A stretch of DNA of 12,983 bases, from the NCBI GenBank assembly GCA_947088765.1, contig CAMUHU010000049.1, positions 1 to 12,983 on the forward strand. The letters are read 5' to 3'. Both the position numbers and the translations under genes were made by a program. Below are positions 6,383 to 12,983 of the stretch, one piece after another (the stretch's first letter is position 1; the number at the start of each line of letters is the position of its first letter). A model generated the notes under the pieces. The model was not told the origin of the DNA and did no database searches. It was given only the letters and a program-made list of their open reading frames with translations. Source of the DNA: an uncultured Clostridium sp. (GTDB lineage: Bacteria; Bacillota; Clostridia; TANB77; CAG-508).

Positions 6383-8143
6383 ATGAAAGCAATTGAAATT
6401 AGAAACAAATACTTAAATTATTTTAAATCAAAGGGACATGCTGTCATACCAAGTGCACCATTAATCCCTGAAAATGATGCATCCGTTTTATTTACTACAG
6501 CAGGTATGCAACCATTAGTCCCTTATTTATTAGGACAAAAACATCCTAATGGAACTCGTCTTACAGATTATCAAAAATGTCTAAGAACTGTTGATATTGA
6601 TGAAGTAGGAGATAATAGACATTTAACATATTTTGAAATGTTAGGAAACTGGTCACTAGGAGATTATTTCAAAGAAGAATCTATTAGTATGAGTTATGAA
6701 TTTTTAACAAAAGAATTATGTATTCCAGTAGAAAAATTATCTGTAACATGTTTTGGAGGAGATTCAGATTGTGCTAGAGATGAAGAAAGTGCAAAAGTAT
6801 GGAAAAAAGTAGGAATACCAGAGGAAAGAATATATTTTTTTGGAAAAGATGATAACTGGTGGATAGCAGGAGAAACAGGACCTTGTGGACCAGATACTGA
6901 AATGTTTTATGATACAGGTAAACCAAAATGTTCTTCAGAATGTAACCCATCTTGTGGTTGTGGTAAATATGTTGAAATTTGGAATAATGTATTTATGGAA
7001 TTTTATAAAAATGAGGATGGGACATATAAAAAATTATCACAAAAGAATGTAGACACAGGTTTAGGACTTGAAAGAATAAATATGTTATTACAAGGAAAAG
7101 AAACTCCTTATGATACAGAACTTTTTGTACCTGTAATGGATAAATTATTAGAATTAACTCCACATAAAGAAAATATTCAAAGTAGAAGAATAGTTGCAGA
7201 ACATTTACGTGCAAGTATGATGATTATTTCAGATGGAGGAAGACCATCAAATATTGATAGAGGATATATATTAAGAAGACTAATACGTAGAATGGTAAGA
7301 CATCTAAATAAACTTGAAATAAACTTAAATGAGTTATCTATATTAGTAGATATTTATGTAAATATTCTTGGAGAAATGTATCCTGACTTAGTATTAAAAA
7401 AAGAAGAAATCAAGCAAGTTATAATTGACGAGAAAGATAAATTCGTAAAAACACTTGAACATGGTCAAAGAGAATTAGAAAAAGTTTTAAATAGAGCAAA
7501 ACAAGAAAATAAAATTATATTAGAACCATCAACTGTATTTAATCTTTATGAAACCTATGGATTTCCACCAGAAGTTACAAAAGAAATTGCAGAAGAACAG
7601 GGGTATTCAGTAGATTTAAAGGAGATAGATAAACTATTTAAAGAACATCAAGAAAAATCTAAAATTGGTTCTGATAAAAAATTTAAAGGTGGATTAAGTG
7701 GAAGTGGAGAAATGGAAACAAAATACCATACAGCTACACATCTTCTAAACGCTGCATTAAAAGTAGTTTTAGGCCCGGCTACACATCAAGCTGGAAGTAA
7801 TATAACTCCAGAAAGAATGAGATTTGACTTTCCTTGTGACCATAAATTAACTGATGAAGAAAAAAAGAAAATAGAAGATTTAATTAACAAATGGATAGAA
7901 GATAGTTTAACCGTTACAAGTACAGAAATGAAAAAAGAAGATGCAGTGGCAACAGGTGCAGAAGCGATGTTTATAGAAAGATATCCAGATACTGTAACAG
8001 TTTATACAATAGGTGATGTATCAAAGGAAATTTGTATGGGACCACATGTAGAGAATACAAAAGTTTTAGGGCATTTCAAAATTCAAAAAGAAGAAGCATC
8101 GTCAGCAGGAATACGTAGAATCAAAGCCGTTTTAATAAATTGA
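6383..8143 (+). CDS. alaS: Compact alanine--tRNA ligase (586 aa): catalytic domain, tRNA-recognition domain and editing core, with no C-Ala domain.
   Basis: Catalytic motifs FTTAGMQPLVPYLLG, RHLTYFEMLGNWSLGDYFK, GPCGPDTEMFYD and VEIWNNVFMEF...VDTGLGLERI. Editing-site HTATH at residues 449-453 and CMGPH near residue 550. Confidence 0.85.
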   Translation: MKAIEIRNKYLNYFKSKGHAVIPSAPLIPENDASVLFTTAGMQPLVPYLLGQKHPNGTRLTDYQKCLRTVDIDEVGDNRHLTYFEMLGNWSLGDYFKEESISMSYEFLTKELCIPVEKLSVTCFGGDSDCARDEESAKVWKKVGIPEERIYFFGKDDNWWIAGETGPCGPDTEMFYDTGKPKCSSECNPSCGCGKYVEIWNNVFMEFYKNEDGTYKKLSQKNVDTGLGLERINMLLQGKETPYDTELFVPVMDKLLELTPHKENIQSRRIVAEHLRASMMIISDGGRPSNIDRGYILRRLIRRMVRHLNKLEINLNELSILVDIYVNILGEMYPDLVLKKEEIKQVIIDEKDKFVKTLEHGQRELEKVLNRAKQENKIILEPSTVFNLYETYGFPPEVTKEIAEEQGYSVDLKEIDKLFKEHQEKSKIGSDKKFKGGLSGSGEMETKYHTATHLLNAALKVVLGPATHQAGSNITPERMRFDFPCDHKLTDEEKKKIEDLINKWIEDSLTVTSTEMKKEDAVATGAEAMFIERYPDTVTVYTIGDVSKEICMGPHVENTKVLGHFKIQKEEASSAGIRRIKAVLIN

Positions 8144-8182
8144 AAAATATTATATAATACAAATAAAGGAAGGATATATAAC

Positions 8183-8527
8183 ATGGATGACTGCATATTT
8201 TGCAAAATAATAAATGGGGAAATTCTATCAGATATAGTATATGAGGATGAAAATGTATTAGCATTTAAAGATATAAATCCTCAAATGCCAATACATATAC
8301 TTATTATTCCCAAAAAACATATTGAATCAATAATAGATTTAAAAAGCGAAGACGAAACTGTAGTTGGAAAAATATTTACAGCCATAAACAGTATTGCTAG
8401 AGACATTGGTATAGATAAAACAGGATTTAGAGTAATATCTAACTGCGGAGAAAACGCAGGACAGACAGTAAAACATTTGCATTTTCATATATTAGCAGGA
8501 GAAAAGATGGGAGAAAAGATAATTTAA
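8183..8527 (+). CDS. hit: HIT-family (Hint-like) nucleotide hydrolase.
   Basis: Histidine-triad HLHFHIL near the C-terminus and CIFCKII at the N-terminus; 114 aa. It starts 40 nt after the AlaRS stop, so it is probably co-transcribed. Confidence 0.9.
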   Translation: MDDCIFCKIINGEILSDIVYEDENVLAFKDINPQMPIHILIIPKKHIESIIDLKSEDETVVGKIFTAINSIARDIGIDKTGFRVISNCGENAGQTVKHLHFHILAGEKMGEKII

Positions 8528-8564
8528 ACTCATGAAAAATTTATGAAATAAATTTTACTTGAGT
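8528..8564. terminator. AT-rich hairpin (16-bp stem with 2 mismatches, loop TGAAA) immediately after the hit stop codon.
   Basis: ACTCATGAAAAATTTA / TAAATTTTACTTGAGT arms read directly. There is no T-tract and the stem is weak. Confidence 0.3.
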
Positions 8565-8571
8565 TAATAAA

Positions 8572-8622
8572 GGACAGACAGTAGAACATTTTCAGATAAT
8601 AGTAGAAAAGAAAGTAATTTAG
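8572..8622 (+). pseudogene. Degenerate relic copy of the 3' end of the hit gene.
   Basis: GGACAGACAGTAGAACATTT..TCAGATAATAGTA..GAAAAGAAAGTAATTTAG aligns with gene positions 8459-8527 (GGACAGACAGTAAAACATTTGCATTTTCATATATTAGCAGGAGAAAAG...ATAATTTAA). The gaps of 6 and 3 nt are in-frame, giving GQTVEHFQIIVEKKVI* against GQTVKHLHFHILAGEKMGEKII*. Confidence 0.5.
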
Positions 8623-8677
8623 GATAGTTTAATAACATAAGATTTTTACATTATTATAAAACAAGAAAGGTAAGCAT

Positions 8678-9427
8678 ATGAAAAAATATAATAAATTAAA
8701 GATGTATAGTAAGTTTTTAACAGCATTAATCATTATATTAACTGTATTTCTAATTATATTAGTAGGATACGCCATATATAGTTTATATGACAATTATACA
8801 GCGGATGAATCAGCAGAGGAGTTAATGGCTCAATTTGAAAATAATTATGAAGAAATTGGAGAAGGACAAATTTCAGAAGAAAATCCTTCAGAAGGAGCAG
8901 ACAATTCAGAACAGCCTTCACAAGGAAATAACAACAATTCTAATACCTCAAAACCAACTACAAAAAAACCATCAACATCATCAGGTAATAGTGGATCTTC
9001 ATATAATTTAGGAACTTTTTATAAAGGATACAAAGTAATAGGAATAATTTCAATTCCAAAGCTTAAGATTCAATATCCTATATTTAATGTAGATAATACT
9101 GCAACTCTTAGAGTTGGAACAGCTGCAATTTATCCATCGAATGTTGAGGAAACTTTAAACATTTCAGGAAATGCAGTAATAGCGGGACATAACTATAGAA
9201 ATAGTAGAATGTTCTCCAAATTACATACATTACAAAATGGAGACTCGATATTTATAACTAATATTAATGGTGTTAAATTAGAATATAAAGTGTATAATAA
9301 TTATACAGCGGGAGCAAATGATTTTGATTATGCAACTAGAGATACTAGAGGTTATATAGAAATTTCATTAAGTACTTGTACAAATGATGCTAGTACAAGA
9401 ACTATTGTATGGGCAAGAGCAGAGTAA
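8678..9427 (+). CDS. Membrane-anchored sortase-family transpeptidase (paralog 1).
   Basis: N-terminal TM helix, an S/N/E-rich linker, then a catalytic domain with GxISIPKLKIQYPI, AGHNYRN (His), ISLSTCT (TLxTC Cys) and downstream Arg (RTIVWA). Confidence 0.8.
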   Translation: MKKYNKLKMYSKFLTALIIILTVFLIILVGYAIYSLYDNYTADESAEELMAQFENNYEEIGEGQISEENPSEGADNSEQPSQGNNNNSNTSKPTTKKPSTSSGNSGSSYNLGTFYKGYKVIGIISIPKLKIQYPIFNVDNTATLRVGTAAIYPSNVEETLNISGNAVIAGHNYRNSRMFSKLHTLQNGDSIFITNINGVKLEYKVYNNYTAGANDFDYATRDTRGYIEISLSTCTNDASTRTIVWARAE

Positions 9428-9451
9428 ATTGATAAAAATTGTATTAAAAGG

Positions 9452-9480
9452 TCGAAAAAATCTAAAAAATATGTTATAAT
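9452..9480 (+). promoter_or_regulatory. SigmaA-type promoter TCGAAA-N17-TATAAT with an extended -10 (TGt), serving the second sortase.
   Basis: TCGAAA at 9452-9457, a 17-nt spacer ending in TGT, and TATAAT at 9475-9480. Confidence 0.45.
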
Positions 9481-9529
9481 ATACATATATTAGTCTAATA
9501 ATTTAATTAGAAAATAGGAGGAACATGAT

Positions 9530-10237
9530 ATGGAAAATAAATATGGAAATTTATTATCAATAATGTTAGTTCTTGCAATAGTTATAGTTGTTGCAATATT
9601 AGGTTTTTTCGGATATAAAGTATATACTGGTAACAAGACAAATAAAAAAGCAGAAGATGTAGTTTCTCAATTTGATAAAAACACAGAGGATAATAATGAT
9701 ACAAACTCATCAAATAACAATTCTTCAGATACAGAAGGAAACAATTCATCATTACAGGATATATTAGATAATTTAGGAAATGATAGTGGTAATTCTATAT
9801 ATCAACAACAAGGAAATAAAGACACTTATTATGAAGGATATAAGGTAATAGGTACAATATCTATTCCAAGTATAGATGTTGAATATCCAATACTTGAAGA
9901 AAATACATCAGCAACTTTAAAAATAGCCATAGTTGCAGTATATCCTCAGGATCCTGCAAATGCAGTTAATAAACCAGGGAATCTTGTATTGTGGGGACAT
10001 AATTATAAAAATGGTACATTTTTCTCAGATATTGGAAAATTAACAACAGGCGCAAAAATATACATAAAAGATACATCTGGTACTAAATTAGAATATCAAG
10101 TATATAATAGTTATGAAACTACTGATTCTGACATGACATATGCAACACGTGAGACTAATGGGGCAAGAGAAATAACTCTTTCTACATGTTCTAATGAAGC
10201 AGGTAAAAGAATTATTGTATATGCTAAACAAACATAA
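9530..10237 (+). CDS. Membrane-anchored sortase-family transpeptidase (paralog 2).
   Basis: Same architecture as the upstream gene: TM helix, N/S/D-rich linker, GTISIPSIDVEYPI, WGHNYKN, ITLSTCS and RIIVYA. By eye it is roughly half identical to paralog 1 across the catalytic domain. AGGAGG lies 8 nt upstream. Confidence 0.8.
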   Translation: MENKYGNLLSIMLVLAIVIVVAILGFFGYKVYTGNKTNKKAEDVVSQFDKNTEDNNDTNSSNNNSSDTEGNNSSLQDILDNLGNDSGNSIYQQQGNKDTYYEGYKVIGTISIPSIDVEYPILEENTSATLKIAIVAVYPQDPANAVNKPGNLVLWGHNYKNGTFFSDIGKLTTGAKIYIKDTSGTKLEYQVYNSYETTDSDMTYATRETNGAREITLSTCSNEAGKRIIVYAKQT

Positions 10238-10358
10238 AATTGAAAAATAATTGTCCTTTGACGTCGTTAAACTTCAATTGAAATCAAACAACGTATATAA
10301 ATACGCTTTATTGATTTCAATTTTGTTTGCCTAGTCAAATAACAATTATTTTCCAATT
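10238..10358. repeat. Imperfect inverted repeat of about 121 nt, forming a long hairpin that fills most of the sortase-folD intergenic region.
   Basis: Pairing segments are 10238-10262 with 10334-10358, 10269-10272 with 10325-10328, 10276-10287 with 10311-10322, and 10292-10296 with 10301-10305. The loop is ATAA. About 45 bp are paired in total. Confidence 0.7.
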
Positions 10359-10399
10359 TGGTTATGTATTTAAATAATTAACAAGAAAGGATACTAAAA

Positions 10400-11272
10400 A
10401 TGATAATAGATGGAAAAACACTTGCAGCAAATGTTAGAGAAGGATTAAAATCAGAAGTACAAGAATTAAAAGACAAAAGTATAATACCTAATTTGGCAGT
10501 AATACTTGTAGGGGAAGATAAACCATCTCAAATATATGTAAAAAATAAAAGTAAAGCATGTTTAGAAATAGGAATTAAATATGAGGAGTTTTTATTAGAT
10601 AGTAATACAACAATGGAGCAATTACTTTCATTAATTGATACATTAAATGAAAGAGAAGATATTCATGGTATTTTGTTACAAAGCCCAATGCCAAAACATT
10701 TAAACATAGATGAAGCTTTTGAAAGAATTTCACCTAAAAAAGATGTTGATGGTTTTAATCCTGTAAATGTAGGAAAATTATGTCTAAAACAAGATGGATT
10801 TATTTCTTGCACACCTGCTGGAATAATGAAAATGTTTGAAAAATATAATATTAGTTTAGAAGGTAAAAATGCAGTTGTATTAGGAAGAAGCAATATTGTA
10901 GGTAAACCAATGTCATTATGTTTATTGAACAAAGATTCAACAGTTACTATATGTCATTCAAAAACGCAAAATTTATCTGAAATTACAAAAAATGCAGATA
11001 TTATAGTAGTTGCATTAGGAAAACCTAAATTTTTAACAAAAGATATGGTAAAAGAAGGAGCAGTTGTTATAGATGTTGGAATAAATAGAACAGAAAATGG
11101 AATTATAGGCGATGTTGACTTTGAAAGTGTAAAAGAAATTGCATCATATATAACACCAGTACCAGGAGGAGTAGGACCGATGACAATAGCAATGTTGATG
11201 AGTAATGTAGTTAAAGCAGCTGAAAACACATTAGAAGACTCTAAGCAGAAATGTACTATATTAGCAAAATAA
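10400..11272 (+). CDS. folD: Bifunctional methylenetetrahydrofolate dehydrogenase / methenyltetrahydrofolate cyclohydrolase.
   Basis: IIDGK...LAVILVGEDKPSQIYVKNKSKAC, GILLQSPMPKH, VDGFNPVNVGKL, VVLGRSNIVGKPM and TPVPGGVGPMTIAML are all canonical FolD motifs. Confidence 0.93.
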   Translation: MIIDGKTLAANVREGLKSEVQELKDKSIIPNLAVILVGEDKPSQIYVKNKSKACLEIGIKYEEFLLDSNTTMEQLLSLIDTLNEREDIHGILLQSPMPKHLNIDEAFERISPKKDVDGFNPVNVGKLCLKQDGFISCTPAGIMKMFEKYNISLEGKNAVVLGRSNIVGKPMSLCLLNKDSTVTICHSKTQNLSEITKNADIIVVALGKPKFLTKDMVKEGAVVIDVGINRTENGIIGDVDFESVKEIASYITPVPGGVGPMTIAMLMSNVVKAAENTLEDSKQKCTILAK

Positions 11273-11317
11273 TCTATTAAAATTTTATGGGGGATAAAAT
11301 ATAAATTTATTAATTAT

Positions 11318-11347
11318 GGGAGCATATTAAATTTATGCTCTCTTTTT
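11318..11347 (+). terminator. Rho-independent terminator of folD.
   Basis: GGGAGCATA-ttaaatt-TATGCTCTC stem followed by TTTTT (11343-11347). Confidence 0.7.
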
Positions 11348-11373
11348 GACGTTTTAGGTAAATCATATATATG

Positions 11374-11433
11374 GGTACAATGCATCGTGTACGAAAGAAA
11401 AACGATAAACTGGAATTGCACAGTATATTGTGC
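11374..11433. promoter_or_regulatory. Two palindromes upstream of dprA: GGTACA-atgcatcg-TGTAC (11374-11392) and GCACA-gtatat-TGTGC (11418-11433).
   Basis: Read directly from the sequence. The dyad centres are 42 bp apart. Function is unknown. Confidence 0.3.
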
Positions 11434-11469
11434 TCATACAAATAAATTATAAGGATAAAGAAGGAGATA

Positions 11470-12127
11470 ATGATGAAAATAATAAGAATTCAAAATGAGG
11501 ATTATCCAAAAAAATTAAAAAATATTGATAATCCGCCAAAACAATTATATGTATTGGGAAATGAAAAGATATTAGATAATTTTGGATTAGCAATAATAGG
11601 TTGTAGGCAATATTCAGAATATGGTAAAAAAGTAGCAAAAGATATAAGTTTTAAGTTAGCTAAACAAGGTATAAACATTATAAGTGGAATGGCAAGAGGA
11701 ATAGATGGTTTTGCACATATGGGGTGTATGGTAGCAGGAGGAAAAACAGTGGCTGTACTTGGTAGTGGATTTAATAATATATATCCTAAAGAAAATATAG
11801 AATTGCTTAAAGAAATAATAAGAACAGGTGGAACAATTATAACTGAATATTCACCAGACACAAAACCAATAGCAACCAATTTTCCACTTAGAAATAGAAT
11901 AATAAGTGGATTAAGTGATGGAGTAATTGTAGTAGAGGCAAGAAAGAAAAGTGGAACTTTAATAACTGTAGATTATGCATTAGAACAAGGAAAAGAAATT
12001 TTTGCAGTTCCACGGAAACATAAATAATAGTTCTTCACAAGGAACAAATGAAATGATAAGAGAAGGGGCTAAAATTGTAACGAATGTAGAAGACATATTA
12101 GAAGAATACTCTCATATCTGCAGGTAA
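11470..12127 (+). pseudogene. dprA: dprA (DNA-processing protein A, short form) interrupted by a +1 frameshift at about 12013.
   Basis: Rossmann-domain motifs GCRQYSEYG, ISGMARGIDG, AVLGSGFNNIYP and SGTLITVDYALEQGKEIFAVP. After CCA an extra C shifts the frame (stop at 12025-12027). Removing it restores GNINNSSSQGTNEMIREGAKIVTNVEDILEEY, ending at 12127. The second ATG (11473) has better RBS spacing. Confidence 0.8.
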
Positions 12128-12983
12128 ATCCGCTTCTAATATTATATTTTCTTTAGTAATAGGATGAATAAATGTAATTTTATAAGCATGTAGAGCTTGT
12201 CTATCTATTAATTTAGATGAATTACCGTACAGTGTATCTCCCACAATAGGATTACCAATATAATCAGAATGTACACGTATTTGATGAGTACGCCCAGTTT
12301 CAAGTACAAAATGAACTAAAGACAAAGAATTATTAATATTTTTAATTAAATTATAATGAGTTACTGCAATTTCGCCATTTTTAAAATCAACACATCTTTC
12401 AATTATACTATTATCTTTTCTAGCAATAGGTGCAGATATTGTTCCAGATTTCTCTGATAAAGCTCCATCTAAAACAGCAATATATTCTTTTTTGAAATCA
12501 TTATTTTTCATTTGGCGAATTAAACATTCTTGTATATATTCATTTTTTGCAAAAATTACAAGACCGAGAAGTATCTTTATCTAATCTATTAACAATTCTA
12601 ATTTTACGTTTAAGTCCAATAGAATCAAAATAGAATTTTACTCCATTAGATAAACTATCAGAAAAATGATTACAAGAAGGGTGAACAGGAGTATTTGGCA
12701 ATTTATTTATAATTAATAAATAGTTATCTTCAAAAACTATATCTAAATTCATTTTAACAGGAAGAATATTATCATAAGCTTCATCAAAATTAAAATCAAT
12801 AGAAACTATATCTCCAACATTAAGATTAGTATAATTAGGATTTATAGTATGATTATTTAAAAATATTTTATTATTAGCCTTTAAACGTTTTAATAATCTA
12901 TCTGAAATATTAAATTCTTCTTTTAGAATTTGTTTTATATTGTAATATCTATTATCAATTATTTTATATTGTAAATCGTACAT
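12098..12983 (-). pseudogene. RluA-family (RluD-like, S4 domain-containing) pseudouridine synthase interrupted by a +1 frameshift at about 12566.
   Basis: The upstream ORF ends ...VNRLDKDTSRSCNFCKK*. Removing one C (G12566 on the plus strand) gives RLDKDTSGLVIFAKNEYIQECLIRQMKNNDFKKEY..., joining it to ORF 12098-12511, which carries GRTHQIRVH. The ATG lies exactly at the window edge, so the gene may be complete or partial. Confidence 0.8.

Noticed and set aside
6993-7214. 73-aa minus-strand ORF inside the AlaRS gene.
   Set aside because: It is antisense to a strongly conserved coding region and has spurious composition.
10238-10399. ZTP (pfl) or THF riboswitch upstream of folD.
   Set aside because: The conserved GC-rich cores of those riboswitches are absent. 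The region is a simple, nearly perfect long hairpin rather than a multi-helix aptamer.
10663-11229. Two minus-strand ORFs (10663-10932 and 10954-11229) inside folD.
   Set aside because: Both are antisense to folD, whose frame carries canonical motifs throughout.
11418-11433. NrdR box (GCACAGTATATTGTGC resembles the 16-bp acaCwAtATaTwGtgt consensus).
   Set aside because: The downstream gene is dprA, not a ribonucleotide reductase. The neighbouring palindrome does not fit the box register. A single AT-rich 16-mer match is weak evidence, so it is kept only as an unassigned palindrome.
11447-11879. Two minus-strand ORFs (11447-11638 and 11502-11879) overlapping dprA.
   Set aside because: Both are antisense to conserved DprA Rossmann-domain coding sequence, with no independent signals.
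1-12983. CRISPR arrays, tRNA or rRNA genes, IS elements with terminal inverted repeats, and toxin-antitoxin pairs.
   Set aside because: No regularly spaced direct repeats, cloverleaf-capable conserved tRNA segments, transposase ORFs or small overlapping gene pairs were found on either strand.

Overview
Very AT-rich segment of an endospore-former (Clostridia-type) chromosome; cotJA/B/C and spoVT are present. All family calls rest on motifs read by eye, since no searches could be run.

Positions 1 to about 3860 look like the right-hand end of an inserted element. It contains a partial membrane-protein ORF, about 450 nt of structured non-coding DNA, a 47-aa ORF, a large serine recombinase (868-2427) and a DUF4143-type AAA ATPase (2593-3801). 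The element abuts cotJC and truncates it after codon 65. The breakpoint sits on a perfect GGTACA-N8-TGTACC dyad. This makes the locus a candidate skin-like, sporulation-excised intervening element in a mother-cell coat operon. Its other end and the cotJC 3' part are outside the window.

Right of the junction, in order:
- cotJB and cotJA, both with unusual Cys-rich N-terminal extensions
- comFC, whose N-terminal zinc finger lies upstream of any canonical start codon
- spoVT
- a compact 586-aa AlaRS lacking the C-Ala domain
- a HIT protein followed by a degenerate relic copy of its own 3' end
- two tandem sortase paralogs
- a roughly 120-nt near-perfect hairpin
- folD
- dprA and a convergent RluA-family pseudouridine synthase, each broken by one extra C placed before GG

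No rRNA, tRNA or CRISPR array was seen.
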